Part shown: positions 26,949 to 37,459 of the stretch, piece after piece
How positions within the stretch are numbered: the stretch's first letter is position 1
How the letters are laid out: each line of letters begins with the position of its first letter
Origin: an uncultured Pseudomonadota bacterium
GTDB taxonomy: Bacteria > Pseudomonadota > Alphaproteobacteria > JACZXZ01
DNA length: 64,000 bases
NCBI GenBank assembly: GCA_963749075.1
Contig: CAVVLJ010000017.1
Location: 128,001-192,000, forward strand
Direction: 5' to 3'
Notes under the pieces: generated by a model
What the model was told of the DNA's origin: nothing
Seen by the model: only the letters and a program-made list of their open reading frames with translations
Database searches by the model: none
Position numbers and translations under genes: made by a program

Positions 26949-28169
26949 TCAAGAGGCGGCGGTCCGCCGCTCGGGCGCGCCGGCGGCTTCGCCGGCAGCG
27001 CCGAGGAAGGCCTTGATGTTGCGCACGGCCTGGCGGATGCGGTGCTCGTTCTCGACGAGGGCTATGCGCACGAAGCCGTCGCCGTACTCGCCGAAGCCGA
27101 GGCCCGGCGAGACCGCGACCTCCGCCTCGGCCAAGAGGCTCAGCGAGAATTCCATGGAGCCAAGATGGGCGAAGCGCTCGGGGATCGGCGCCCAGGCGAA
27201 CATGGAGGCGGGCGGGCTCGGCACCGTCCAGCCGGCTGCGGCGAGGCCCTCGATCAGGATGTCGCGCCGGCGGCGGTAGCGCCGGCGCATCTCGTCCACG
27301 CAGTCCTGCGGGCCATTGAGAGCCGCCGTGGCCGCCACCTGGATGGGCGTGAAGGCGCCGTAGTCGGTGTAGGACTTGACGCGCGCAAGTGCCGCCACGA
27401 GCTTGCGGTTGCCGCTCATGAAGCCGATCCGCCAGCCGGCCATGGAGTAGGTCTTGGAGGTCGAGGTGAACTCGATGGCGACGTCCTTGGCGCCCTTGAC
27501 TTGCAGGACCGAGGACGGCGGCGGCCCGTCGAAATAGACCTCGGCATAGGCGAGGTCGGAGATGAGCCAGAGGCCGTGGCGGCGGCAGAAAGCCACGAGC
27601 TCCTCGTAGAACGCGAGGGTGGCCGTGCGCGCGGTCGGATTGGAGGGATAGTTGACGAGGACGGCAAGCGGCTTCGGCACCGAATATTGCACGGCGCGCG
27701 CAAGCTCGGCGAGATACTCGTCCTCCGAGACGAAGGGGACGTGCCGGATGGCGCCGCCCGCGAGGATGAAGGCGTAAGCATGGATCGGATAGGTGGGATT
27801 CGGCACCAGCACCACGTCGCCGGGGCTGGTGATCGCCATGGCGAGATTGACGAGCCCCTCCTTCGAGCCGATGGTCACGATCGTCTCGCTCTCGGGATCG
27901 AGCTCGACGCCGAAGCGGCGTGCGTAATAGGCGGCGTTCGCCCGCCTCAGGCCCGGGATGCCGCGCGAGGTCGAGTAGCGGTGCGTCTTGGGGTTCTGCA
28001 CGGTCTCGACCAGCTTGTCGACGATGTGCCGCGGCGTGGCCGCGTCGGGATTGCCCATGCCGAGATCGATGATGTCGCGCCCTTGCGCGCGGGCGCGCGC
28101 CTTCATCGCGTTCACCTCGGCGAACACGTAGGGCGGCAGACGCTTGATGCGGTAGAATTCCTGCTCCAT
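26949..28169 (-). CDS. class I/II PLP aminotransferase (AlaC / LL-DAP aminotransferase-like)
   Basis: RIKRLPPYVF, DLGMGNPD, NYPSNPT, SKTYSMAGWRIG. Confidence 0.92.
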   Translation of the reverse strand: MEQEFYRIKRLPPYVFAEVNAMKARARAQGRDIIDLGMGNPDAATPRHIVDKLVETVQNPKTHRYSTSRGIPGLRRANAAYYARRFGVELDPESETIVTIGSKEGLVNLAMAITSPGDVVLVPNPTYPIHAYAFILAGGAIRHVPFVSEDEYLAELARAVQYSVPKPLAVLVNYPSNPTARTATLAFYEELVAFCRRHGLWLISDLAYAEVYFDGPPPSSVLQVKGAKDVAIEFTSTSKTYSMAGWRIGFMSGNRKLVAALARVKSYTDYGAFTPIQVAATAALNGPQDCVDEMRRRYRRRRDILIEGLAAAGWTVPSPPASMFAWAPIPERFAHLGSMEFSLSLLAEAEVAVSPGLGFGEYGDGFVRIALVENEHRIRQAVRNIKAFLGAAGEAAGAPERRTAAS

Positions 28170-28290
28170 GGCCTTCTTTGCCGACTCGCACGTCTTCCCG
28201 GCGGGGGGACGCCTATTTAGCCTCCGCCATGACGATTTTCGAGGAAAATCGTGACCCTTTCGCGATGATGGCTGCACGGCCGCCGTGGGT

Positions 28291-28452
28291 CCTTCGAGAC
28301 GCGCCCCCGGCGCGCCAAGCGCGCCTCTCTCGCATGATGCAAGAGAGCGGGCCTTCGGCCCGCGGGGCGCTCCTCAGGATGAGGCAGATTTGTGTGTGGC
28401 AGAAAGACTTTATCTCATCCTGAGGAGCGCGCGAAGCGAGCGTCTCGAAGGG
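28291..28452. repeat. REP doublet (REPIN-like), family B, copy 1
   Basis: CCTTCGAGACG...CTCCTCAGGATGAG, spacer, CTCATCCTGAGGAG...CGTCTCGAAGG. Confidence 0.88.
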
Positions 28453-28512
28453 CGCACCGCAGCCGGTCCGAGACCCCTCTGACCACGCGACACCGCAGTT
28501 TGCCTAAGAGGC

Positions 28513-28836
28513 TCACGCGAGCTCGACCGGCTTGCCGTGAGGGGTGCGGCGGTAGGCCTCGGCCCAGGCCCGCTTGCGCGTGGCAAGGGCTCCCGGGTCG
28601 GCCAGCCCCTTCTCCCCGGCGAGGCGCTCGAGGGCGGCCAGCCAGTGGCGGTAATACTGGCTGCCGTCGCCCGCCTCGCCGCGCGCCTCCGCCGCCTTGA
28701 GCTCGGCCGCAAGTGCTGCCGTCCATTCGCGCCAGGTGAAATGCCCCGCCTCGGAGAGCGTCACGGCCATGGCGAAGGCCTGGGCTTGCCAGGGCTCGGC
28801 AAAAACCGGCCCGGCATCCTCGTTACGCGCGCTCAA
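28513..28836 (-). CDS. nitrile hydratase accessory protein
   Basis: PVFAEPWQAQAFA, F.W.EW, YY.HWL.ALE, TPHG. Confidence 0.92.
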   Translation of the reverse strand: MSARNEDAGPVFAEPWQAQAFAMAVTLSEAGHFTWREWTAALAAELKAAEARGEAGDGSQYYRHWLAALERLAGEKGLADPGALATRKRAWAEAYRRTPHGKPVELA

Positions 28837-29482
28837 GATAGGCCTCCCAGAGATCGAGGCAGACCGCGTCCTGCGCTATTGCGGCCTCGCCCCAGAGCTC
28901 CTGTGCGGCGAAGCGCACGCCATAGAGATGCTGCGGCTCCTCGCCCAAGAAATGGGCACGCGCATCGGGGAAAACGTGCACGCCGTGATCGCGCTCGATG
29001 GTGCAGCACTTGCCGCGCGCGTAGCGCGGCAGGCGCGTATGGCCGAGGGGATTGATGTTGCGCGCGCGCACCGCTTGGCCCGGCTTGAAGCGCGGCTCGA
29101 CCGGCACGTCGCGGTTGGCGGGGGCGCCGCGGCCGAGCATGGGCTCGACCTTGTCCGGGGTCAGCGCGGGGGAGAGCCTGGCGGCGAGCGCGTCCGGCCG
29201 GCCGCTCTCGATTTCGCTAGCGCTCACCAGGCCGGCCTTGAGCGCCAGCGAGACGAGGCGCACGAGCCATTTCTCGTAATAGCTCATGCTGAGATATTCG
29301 GCGGGCGGGATGAGCTCGATCTCGTGGCGCGAGGCGTCGATGTTCCACTTGCGCCAGGCGCCCATGGCGAGGTTGAGCGCCAGCACGCGCGCCTCCCAGG
29401 GCGCATGGAACACGGGCTCGTTCCGCTCATAGGCGATGTCGCCCATGCCGTGCATGCCGCCCATGTCGTGGATGCCGTTCAT
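28823..29482 (-). CDS. nthB: nitrile hydratase subunit beta
   Basis: [30 protein letters not shown]. Confidence 0.96.
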   Translation of the reverse strand: MNGIHDMGGMHGMGDIAYERNEPVFHAPWEARVLALNLAMGAWRKWNIDASRHEIELIPPAEYLSMSYYEKWLVRLVSLALKAGLVSASEIESGRPDALAARLSPALTPDKVEPMLGRGAPANRDVPVEPRFKPGQAVRARNINPLGHTRLPRYARGKCCTIERDHGVHVFPDARAHFLGEEPQHLYGVRFAAQELWGEAAIAQDAVCLDLWEAYLERA

Positions 29483-30147
29483 GGGCGCGCGGCGTCCTTG
29501 GCCTTGTCCAGCGTCGCCTTGGCGACCCCGATCATGGCGTCGCGCGTGACGAGTGCCGCGAGCGCCGCCTCGTCCATGGCCTCGCTTCCCCCGGGACGCT
29601 CCGGCAGCACGAGGTAGCGCACCTCGGAGGTCGAGTCCCAGACGCGCACGGCCACCTCCTCGCCGAGCTCCAGGCCGAACTCGCGCAAGAGCCCGCGCGG
29701 GTCGATCACGGCGCGCGCGCGGTAGGGCGCCGATTTGTACCAGACGGGCGGCAGGCCGAGCACCGTCCATGGGTAGCAGGAGCAGAGCGTGCAGACCACG
29801 AGGTTATGGAGCTTCGGCGTATTCTCGACCGCGACCATGTGCTCGCCCTGGCGCCCGGTGTAGCCGAACTCGGCGATCGCCGCCGTAGCGTCCGAGAGGA
29901 GGCGCTTCTTGTAGGCCGGATCGGCCCAGGCGCGCGCCACCACGCGGGCGCCGTTCCTGGGCCCGACCTTGTGCTCGTACATCTCGACGATGGCATCGAG
30001 CGCCCGGGGGTCGACGAGCCCTTTCTCGACGAGGAGCGACTCGAGCGCCTTGACCCTGAGCGCGAGATCGGACGGCACGTCCGTTGCGGCATGCTCATGG
30101 CCACGCGCGTGATCGGGACCGTGAGGCTGCGTGGCCGGCGTGTCCAT
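29479..30147 (-). CDS. nthA: nitrile hydratase subunit alpha, cobalt type
   Basis: VCTLCSCY metal-binding motif (Thr/Tyr variant marks the Co type). Confidence 0.96.
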   Translation of the reverse strand: MDTPATQPHGPDHARGHEHAATDVPSDLALRVKALESLLVEKGLVDPRALDAIVEMYEHKVGPRNGARVVARAWADPAYKKRLLSDATAAIAEFGYTGRQGEHMVAVENTPKLHNLVVCTLCSCYPWTVLGLPPVWYKSAPYRARAVIDPRGLLREFGLELGEEVAVRVWDSTSEVRYLVLPERPGGSEAMDEAALAALVTRDAMIGVAKATLDKAKDAARP

Positions 30148-30558
30148 GGCGAGCTCCAAGCTTCCCTAGCGCCGCATCCTAATGCACCTTGCCCGGACTG
30201 TCATGGCTCGGCGCCGATGGGGGCGTCCTATGGACGCCCTCGGCCGGCTCGGTCGGCGGCCGAGTTGCAAAACGGCAAGCGCCAAGGAAATACACGAATT
30301 TCTATGTAATTACGAATGTAAGAAAATCCAACGCCGCCGTTCAGTTTATACCTGGCCGTGACACAAGGCCTTGCACAAACTTGCTGCAAATTAAACCGTA
30401 TTTGCATGGCGCCGGCTTCGCCAGGCTCGCAGTAGTATTCTTTTATTTCGCCTGTTGTCCAGCATCCGATGGCGTTGGGCGACGGCGGTGCCTTCTCCGC
30501 CAGCATTGCCGAGGACGCATGCGGGCGGGCGGCGGGCGCGAGCAGGGAGTCGCACGAG

Positions 30559-32427
30559 ATGAGCCGAGGTCTCGGTCGCGAGCGGCAACGTGCCGCCAAG
30601 GCGGCTGCCGGGGGCCGCAAGCGCCGCGCGCGCGGCGGCGGCACGGCAGGCCCGCGCCGCGACGGGAGTGCCGCCAAGGACGCCGAGCAGGCGATCCGCG
30701 AGCGCGAGGAGCAGCTGCGCAGCATCGCCGAGAACCTGCCCGGCGTCGTGTTCCGCCGGCTGCTCAGGAGCGACGGGACGCTCGGCTATGCCTACGTCAG
30801 TTCGCGCGCGCGCGAGTTCTTCGGCGTCGGCGCCGAGGAGCTGCTGCGGGGCGAGGCGAAGATCGACCACGTCATGCACCCGGACGACCGCCGGCCCTTT
30901 TTCGAGGCCCTGCAGAAGTCGGCGCGCGAGCTCAGCCCCATGGTGGTCGATACCCGCTTCCAGCTGCCTGGCGGCGAGACGCGGTGGATGAGGTCGATGT
31001 CCCAGCCGCGCAGGCTGCAGAACGGCGACATCCAGTGGGACGGCATATCGCTCGACATCACGGAGCTCAAGACCCTGGCGGCCGCGCGAGATCACCTCGC
31101 CTACTACGACCAGCTGACCGGCCTGCCCAACCGCGCGCTGTTCGTCGACCGCCTGTCGCAGGCGTTGCTGCATGCCGGCCGTTCGGCCGCCAAGGCGGCG
31201 GTCATTTGCGTGGAGCTCGAAGCGCTCGACGACATCCGCGAAAGCCGCGGCTTCGCGGTCGCCAATGCGCTCATCGAAGAGGCGGCGGCCAAGATCGCCG
31301 CAGCACTGCGGCCGGACGATACCGTGGCGCATTATGGCGAGGGCCACTTCGCCGCCGTGCTCTGCGAAATCCGCAGTACGCCCGACGCCATGGTGCCCGT
31401 CCGGCGCCTCATCGAGACGTTCGACGAGCCCTTCTCGGTGAAGGGCACCGAGGTCTTCGCCAGGGCGCGCATCGGCATCAGCCTCTATCCCGACGACGCG
31501 GACCGCGCCGAGGAGCTGCTGCAGCACGCGAACACGGCGCTCGGCCGCGCCAAGTCGCTGGCCGCCCAGCGCTACGAGTTCTACAGCGCGCACATGGCTG
31601 CATCCGCCACGGCGCGCGTGAACATCGAGGCCGAGCTGCGCCGCGCCCTCGAGCGCGGCGAGATCGAGCTCTTCTATCAGCCCGTGGTCGATCCCGACGA
31701 GTATCGCATCATCGGCATGGAGGCCCTGGCGCGCTGGCGCCACCCGACGCGGGGCACGGTGCCGCCCGGCCTCTTCATCCCGATCGCCGAGCAGACCGGG
31801 CTCATCGTGCAGCTCGGCGAGCTCGTGCTGCGCATGGCGTGCGCGCAGACCGTGGCCTGGCGGCGCGACGGCATCTGCGACTTCCCGGTCTCGGTGAACG
31901 TATCGGGCTGGCAGCTCATGCACGAAGAGCTCGGCGACCGCGTCCTCGCCATCCTCGCCGAGAGCGGCCTTCCGCCGTCGCATCTCACGCTGGAGCTGAC
32001 CGAAAGCACGATCGTGCGCAACTTGAGTCCCGCCGCGCGCACGATGGAGAAGCTTGCCGCGGCCGGCGTCAGCTTTGCCGTCGACGATTTCGGCATCGAG
32101 CACTCGGCGCTCAGCCATCTCTCCCAGCTGCCGATCGACGTGCTCAAGGTCGATCATTCCTTCGTCGCGCGAATGACCGCCGACGCCGCGCACGCAGCGC
32201 TCGTGCAGGGCATCGTCACCATGACGCACGCCATGAAGAAGAAGGCGGTGGCGGAAGGCATCGAGACCGAGCAAGAGCTGGCCTACCTGCGCGCCTACCG
32301 CTGCGATGCGTTGCAGGGCTATCTCTTCAGCCCGCCCGTGCCGGTGGCGGAGTTCGCCCGCCTGCTGCGCGCGAAGACCCTGCCCCCCGCCTCCGCGCGC
32401 GCGCCCGCGGCGCCGCAGCGCGCCTAA
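30559..32427 (+). CDS. PAS-GGDEF(degenerate)-EAL protein, likely c-di-GMP phosphodiesterase
   Basis: PAS (HPDDR), YYDQLTGLPNR, GEGHF in place of GGDEF, EAL, DDFG, AEGIE, QGY; start uncertain. Confidence 0.88.
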   Translation: MSRGLGRERQRAAKAAAGGRKRRARGGGTAGPRRDGSAAKDAEQAIREREEQLRSIAENLPGVVFRRLLRSDGTLGYAYVSSRAREFFGVGAEELLRGEAKIDHVMHPDDRRPFFEALQKSARELSPMVVDTRFQLPGGETRWMRSMSQPRRLQNGDIQWDGISLDITELKTLAAARDHLAYYDQLTGLPNRALFVDRLSQALLHAGRSAAKAAVICVELEALDDIRESRGFAVANALIEEAAAKIAAALRPDDTVAHYGEGHFAAVLCEIRSTPDAMVPVRRLIETFDEPFSVKGTEVFARARIGISLYPDDADRAEELLQHANTALGRAKSLAAQRYEFYSAHMAASATARVNIEAELRRALERGEIELFYQPVVDPDEYRIIGMEALARWRHPTRGTVPPGLFIPIAEQTGLIVQLGELVLRMACAQTVAWRRDGICDFPVSVNVSGWQLMHEELGDRVLAILAESGLPPSHLTLELTESTIVRNLSPAARTMEKLAAAGVSFAVDDFGIEHSALSHLSQLPIDVLKVDHSFVARMTADAAHAALVQGIVTMTHAMKKKAVAEGIETEQELAYLRAYRCDALQGYLFSPPVPVAEFARLLRAKTLPPASARAPAAPQRA

Positions 32428-33215
32428 TTCTCGTAGAAGACGTCGACGCGGCGGTTGGCGGCAGCGCCGCTCAACCCGGCGAGCGAGGCCACGGGCGCGC
32501 TGTCGCCCTCGGCGGTGACGCTGAGCTCGGCGTCGGTCAGGCCGAGACGGACGAGCGCGCGCGCCACGGCGTTGCCGCGCGTGACCGACAGGTCGAAGTC
32601 GTCGAGCTTGACCTCTCCGCCGGTCTCGCCCTCGCGCTCGGCGTGCCCGACGAGCTCGAGGCGGCCGCCCTGCCGCCGCACGCTTTCGGCGAGCGGCCGG
32701 AGCTTGGCGACCTGCCTGGGATCGATCTCGGAGGAGCCCTCCGCGAAGAACACGATCGCAACACGTCGCGCCGCGCCGAGGACGGCGGAGCTTGGGGCAT
32801 TGCCGGCCGGGCCGGCCGGCGGCGCCGCGGCGGCGTCGGCCAGCTTGACCGGCTGCTCCGCCTCGACGAAGCCCTTGGGCAGCGCCGGGGGCGGCGACGG
32901 GAGCTGGGGTGCCGCGGCCCTGTCGGGCGTATAGGTGGTCGCCTTGTTGTCGGCCTCGAGCTTCTTCTGCAGCGCCGCGCGCGCCGCCGGGGCCGTCGCC
33001 GTGGGGGCGGCCGGCACCGAAGCGAGGTTGGGGTAGGGCAAAGTCGTGCCGGGGATGGGGCCGGCGACCTCCGGCATCATGGCCTTGCGGACATCGAGGT
33101 CTTCCGCCTCGCAGGCGGCAAGTGCAGAGAGGGCCAGGCCCAGGAGAACCAGCCGGCCGAGCCGCGAGGTCCGGCTCCGGCCGGCGCCGCGGCACGTCTT
33201 CGCCGTCCTTGCCAT
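32424..33215 (-). CDS. OmpA-like domain lipoprotein
   Basis: Lipobox LAAC, Pro/Ala linker, F..GS, LS..R..AV, NRRVDV. Confidence 0.8.
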   Translation of the reverse strand: MARTAKTCRGAGRSRTSRLGRLVLLGLALSALAACEAEDLDVRKAMMPEVAGPIPGTTLPYPNLASVPAAPTATAPAARAALQKKLEADNKATTYTPDRAAAPQLPSPPPALPKGFVEAEQPVKLADAAAAPPAGPAGNAPSSAVLGAARRVAIVFFAEGSSEIDPRQVAKLRPLAESVRRQGGRLELVGHAEREGETGGEVKLDDFDLSVTRGNAVARALVRLGLTDAELSVTAEGDSAPVASLAGLSGAAANRRVDVFYEN

Positions 33216-33404
33216 GGCAACGCCACACCTCCAAGGCGCCGCGCCAGCCGAGCGGCCTTGGTCATCGATCTTACTTTGATTGCCGATATCGTGTAATGGA
33301 ACGATGTGGCTTGCGCAAGGTCTTGAGGACCGGCGGGCGCGCCGCCGTGCTCAACGCAGCCGGCGGCGAGGGCGAAGGTCCAGGGCTAAGGTAAGGAGTG
33401 CCTC

Positions 33405-35219
33405 ATGGCGGCTGAAAGCGATCCCGGGCAGCGCGGCCCCGACATCAAGCTGCCCGATCCGGTCGAGTTCTCGCGCGCGCTCGCCAAGATCGCCGAGCGC
33501 AGCCAGCGCCTCGTCAGCGAGTTCCTCGCGCGCCAGCAGGGCGACCGCCACGTCGGCATGGCGGACCCGCTCAACGTCGGCAGCGCCTTCATCCAGATGA
33601 CGGCGCGTCTCATGGCCAATCCGGCCAAGCTGGTCGAGGCCCAGGTCAGCCTCTGGCGCGACTACATGTCGCTCTGGCAGAACACCACGCGGCGCTGGCT
33701 CGGCAGCGAGGCCGAGGCGGTGGCCGAGCCGCACACCGAGGACCGCCGCTTCAAGGACCCCTCCTGGGAGGAGAACCAGCTCTTCGACTTCATCAAGCAG
33801 TCCTATCTTCTGTCCGCGCGCTGGATCCAGAAGACGGTGAGCGAGGTCGACGGGCTCGACGACAAGACCGCCAAGAAGGTCGATTTCTACACCCGCCAGT
33901 TCGTCGACGCGATGGCGCCCTCCAACTTCGTCATGACCAACCCCGAGGTCATCCGCGCCACCGTCGAATCGAGCGGCGAGAACCTCGTCAAGGGGCTCGG
34001 CAACCTGCTCGAGGACCTCGAGCGCGGCAAGGGCAAGCTCCACATCAAGATGACCGACATGGAGGTGTTCAAGCTCGGCGAGAACATCGCCGTGACGCCG
34101 GGCAAGGTGGTCTATCAGAACGACCTCCTCCAGCTCATCCAGTACGCTCCCACGACCGAGGAGGCGTTCCGGCGCCCGCTCCTCATCGTGCCGCCGTGGA
34201 TCAACAAGTTCTACATCCTCGACCTGCGCGAGAAGAACTCCTTCATCAAATGGGCGGTCTCCGAGGGCCACACGGTGTTCGTGGTCTCCTGGGTCAACCC
34301 GGACGAGCGCCTCGCGGCCAAGAGCTTCGAGGACTACATGTTCGAGGGCATGCTCGCCTCGCTCGACGCGATCGCCAAGGCGACCGGCGAAAAGGAGGTC
34401 AACGTCATCGGCTACTGCCTCGGCGGCACGCTCCTCTCGGCGACGCTCGCCTACATGGCGGTCAAGGAGGACGCGCGCATCAAGAGCGCCACCTTCTTCG
34501 CCGCCATGGTCGATTTCACCGAGCCGGGCGAGCTCGGCGTCTTCATCGACGAGGAGCAGCTCGCCTCCCTCGAGGCCACGATGCGCGAGAAGGGCTACCT
34601 CGAAGGCTCGGCCATGGCGACCACCTTCAACATGCTGCGCGCCAACGACCTCATCTGGTCGTTCGTGGTCAACAACTATCTCCTCGGCAAGGACCCCTTC
34701 CCCTTCGATCTGCTCTATTGGAACGCCGATTCGACGCGCATGCCGGCGGCCATGCACAGCTTTTACTTGCGCAAGATGTACCAGGAGAACCAGCTCGTCG
34801 TACCCGGCGGCATCGAGCTCGGCGGCGTCCCAATCGACCTCGGCAAGATCGACCTTCCCGTCTTCATCCTCTCGACGCGCGAGGACCACATCGCACCCTG
34901 GAAATCGACCTTCGCGGCGGTGCACCTCTACAAGGGGCCGGTGCGCTTCTGCCTCGCCGCCTCGGGCCACATCGCGGGCGTGGTCAACCCGCCGGCTGCC
35001 GCGAAGTACTGCTACTGGACGGGCGGCAAGAAGATGAAGACGCCCGAGGCCTGGCTCGCCGCGGCCGAGCAGCGCCCCGGCTCGTGGTGGCCGGAGTGGG
35101 GCAAGTGGGTGGCGAAGTACGGCGGCGGCAAGGTCAAGGCGCGCGTGCCCGGCGACGGCGCGCTTCAGCCGATCGAGGACGCGCCCGGCTCCTACGTGCG
35201 CGTGAAGGCGGCGTGCTAG
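33405..35219 (+). CDS. phaC: class I poly(R)-hydroxyalkanoate synthase
   Basis: PPWINKFYILDL, GYCLGG, DHIAPW, SGHIAG. Confidence 0.97.
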   Translation: MAAESDPGQRGPDIKLPDPVEFSRALAKIAERSQRLVSEFLARQQGDRHVGMADPLNVGSAFIQMTARLMANPAKLVEAQVSLWRDYMSLWQNTTRRWLGSEAEAVAEPHTEDRRFKDPSWEENQLFDFIKQSYLLSARWIQKTVSEVDGLDDKTAKKVDFYTRQFVDAMAPSNFVMTNPEVIRATVESSGENLVKGLGNLLEDLERGKGKLHIKMTDMEVFKLGENIAVTPGKVVYQNDLLQLIQYAPTTEEAFRRPLLIVPPWINKFYILDLREKNSFIKWAVSEGHTVFVVSWVNPDERLAAKSFEDYMFEGMLASLDAIAKATGEKEVNVIGYCLGGTLLSATLAYMAVKEDARIKSATFFAAMVDFTEPGELGVFIDEEQLASLEATMREKGYLEGSAMATTFNMLRANDLIWSFVVNNYLLGKDPFPFDLLYWNADSTRMPAAMHSFYLRKMYQENQLVVPGGIELGGVPIDLGKIDLPVFILSTREDHIAPWKSTFAAVHLYKGPVRFCLAASGHIAGVVNPPAAAKYCYWTGGKKMKTPEAWLAAAEQRPGSWWPEWGKWVAKYGGGKVKARVPGDGALQPIEDAPGSYVRVKAAC

Positions 35220-35234
35220 CGCTGCGGCCGATCC

Positions 35235-36287
35235 TCACGGGAAGAGCGGCTGCTGCTCGAGGCCCGCGGTCTCAGGGAAGCCCTGCATCACGTTCATGTC
35301 CTGCACGGCCTGGCCCGAGGCGCCCTTCACCAGATTGTCGAGCACCGAGACGATGATCGCGCGGCCCGGCACGCGGTCGGCGAAGACGCCGATGAGGCAA
35401 TGGTTCGAGCCGCGCACGTGGCGCGTCGCAGGGGCTATGCCCTTGGGCACCACGCGCACGAAGGGCTCGCCCGCATAGCGCTCCGCGAGCGCCGCCCGCA
35501 GGTCGTCGGCCGCGGCACCGCCTGCGAGGCGCACGTAGATCGTCGAGAGGATGCCGCGGTTCATCGGCATGAGGTGCGGCGTGAAATTGATCTTGAGCTT
35601 GCGCCCGGCCGCGGCCGAGAGCTCCTGCTCCATCTCCGGCGTGTGGCGGTGGTGCGCCACGCCATAGGCGTGAATGCCCTCGGAAACCTCGGCGAACAGC
35701 ATGTCCTCGCGCAGCGAGCGCCCGGCGCCGGTGACGCCCGACTTGCAGTCGATGATGATGTCGTCGGCCTCGATGGCGCCCGCCGCGACGAGCGGCACGA
35801 GCGGCAAGAGCGAGGCGGTCGGATAGCAGCCGGGCACGGCGCAGAGCCGCGTCTTCCTGAGGGCCTCGCGCTTGAGCTCGGTCAGGCCGTAGACCGCCTC
35901 CTTCTGGAGCTCGAGAGCGAGGTGGGCATGGCCGTACCAGGTGGCATACTCCTCCGGGTCCTCGAGGCGGAAATCCGCCGAGAGGTCGATGACCTTGAGC
36001 CGGCGCGGGAGTGCCGCGACGACCTCCTGGGTCGTGCTGTGGGGCAGGCCGCAGAAGACCACGTCGGCCTTGTCCCAGTCGGCGTCGGCGATCTTGATGA
36101 GCGGCGGGAGCTCGAGCCCGCCCAAGTGGGGAAACACCTCGGCAAGCGGCTTGCCGGCATGGCGGTCGGCGGTGAGCAAGGTGAGCTCGGCCGCGGGGTG
36201 GCGAGCGAGCAGACGCAGGAGCTCGGCGCCCGTATAGCCGCTGGCCCCCAGCACGCCGATCTTGATGCGGTTCGAGGTCTTTGCCAT
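35235..36287 (-). CDS. argC: N-acetyl-gamma-glutamyl-phosphate reductase
   Basis: GASGYTG, DLSADFR, PGCYPT, DNLVKGASGQA. Confidence 0.97.
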   Translation of the reverse strand: MAKTSNRIKIGVLGASGYTGAELLRLLARHPAAELTLLTADRHAGKPLAEVFPHLGGLELPPLIKIADADWDKADVVFCGLPHSTTQEVVAALPRRLKVIDLSADFRLEDPEEYATWYGHAHLALELQKEAVYGLTELKREALRKTRLCAVPGCYPTASLLPLVPLVAAGAIEADDIIIDCKSGVTGAGRSLREDMLFAEVSEGIHAYGVAHHRHTPEMEQELSAAAGRKLKINFTPHLMPMNRGILSTIYVRLAGGAAADDLRAALAERYAGEPFVRVVPKGIAPATRHVRGSNHCLIGVFADRVPGRAIIVSVLDNLVKGASGQAVQDMNVMQGFPETAGLEQQPLFP

Positions 36288-36337
36288 GGCACGCTGCCTT
36301 TCCTCGCGGTCGAGAGTAGATCGTGGCTGCACATGCG

Positions 36338-36366
36338 AAAAGGGGCGTCCCCTGCGGGACGCCCCT
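36338..36366 (-). terminator. intrinsic terminator after rpsI
   Basis: Minus strand AGGGGCGTCCC-GCAG-GGGACGCCCCT-TTT. Confidence 0.8.
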
Positions 36367-36393
36367 GAATTGGGAACGGCGCTCCCCGAGGGA

Positions 36394-36843
36394 TCAGCGC
36401 TTGGAGAACTGGAAGCTACGTCGCGCCTTGGCGCGGCCGTACTTCTTGCGCTCGACGACGCGCGCGTCGCGCGTGAGGAAGCCCGCCTGCTTGAGGGTGG
36501 GGCGGAGCTCCGGCTCGAAATGGGCGAGTGCCCGCGAGATGCCGTGGCGCACGGCACCCGCCTGGCCCGAGAGGCCGCCGCCGAGCACGGTGCAGACGAC
36601 GTCGAACTGGCCGGTCCGGTTGGCCGCGGCGAACGGCTGGTTGAGCAGCATGCGCAGCACCGGCCGGGCGAAATAGACCTGGCTCTCGCGGCCGTTGACG
36701 GTGACCTTGCCGCTGCCGCGCTTGAGCCACACGCGGGCGATGGCGTTCTTGCGCTTGCCGGTCGCATAGGCGCGTCCCTGCGCGTCGATGCGCGGCCGGA
36801 CGGGCTCGGCCGCGGTTCCCACGCTGGCGCTCATCTCGGCCAT
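36394..36843 (-). CDS. rpsI: 30S ribosomal protein S9
   Basis: [21 protein letters not shown]. Confidence 0.98.
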   Translation of the reverse strand: MAEMSASVGTAAEPVRPRIDAQGRAYATGKRKNAIARVWLKRGSGKVTVNGRESQVYFARPVLRMLLNQPFAAANRTGQFDVVCTVLGGGLSGQAGAVRHGISRALAHFEPELRPTLKQAGFLTRDARVVERKKYGRAKARRSFQFSKR

Positions 36844-36845
36844 GC

Positions 36846-37310
36846 TCAGGCGCTCCTCTTGTTCTTCGGATTGCGCGCGGCGAAGTCGATCTTCACCGGG
36901 CTCTGCGCCTCATGAGGATGGGCGGCACCGGCATAGACGCGCAGGTGGCCCATCTGCTGGCGCCCGAGCGGGCCGCGCGGCACCATGCGCTCGACCGCCT
37001 TGTAGATCGCCTCCTCCGGGTGCTTGCCGCCCAGGATCTGACCCATGCTGCGCTCCTTGATGCCGCCCGGGTAGCCGGTGTGGTGGTAGAGCTTGCGGTC
37101 GGTGAGCTTCTTGCCGGTGAGCCGCACCTTCTCGGCGTTGATCACCACCACATGGTCGCCGGTGTCGACGTGGGGCGTAAAGATGGCGAGATGCTTGCCG
37201 CGCAGGCGGCGCGCGATCTCGGACGCGAGGCGGCCGAGCACCAGGCCGTCCGCGTCGAACAGCACCCACTTCTTCTCGACCTCCGCCGGCTTGGCCGAAT
37301 AGGTCCTCAT
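36846..37310 (-). CDS. rplM: 50S ribosomal protein L13
   Basis: [27 protein letters not shown]. Confidence 0.98.
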   Translation of the reverse strand: MRTYSAKPAEVEKKWVLFDADGLVLGRLASEIARRLRGKHLAIFTPHVDTGDHVVVINAEKVRLTGKKLTDRKLYHHTGYPGGIKERSMGQILGGKHPEEAIYKAVERMVPRGPLGRQQMGHLRVYAGAAHPHEAQSPVKIDFAARNPKNKRSA

Positions 37311-37459
37311 CGCTTCCACCACCAGAGAAAGACAGGCGCGGGCCCCGGAGGAACGCCCCTCGGGACCCGCGACGCGGCCGGGACTATGGCAGGAAAAACG
37401 CGGATGTCAACCGCAAAGGCCCGAAAAGACCCGGTTTCGTGCGGTTCTCGTGCGCGGTA

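Noticed and set aside
30380-30415. Resemblance to a SAM-II riboswitch (TTAAACCGTATTTGCA)
   Set aside because: The pairing segments and 3' motif are missing, and no methionine gene follows; better read as an inverted repeat
30189-33296. 1035-aa and 947-aa ORFs spanning the EAL and OmpA genes
   Set aside because: Off-frame or antisense Arg/Ala-rich shadows of well-supported genes
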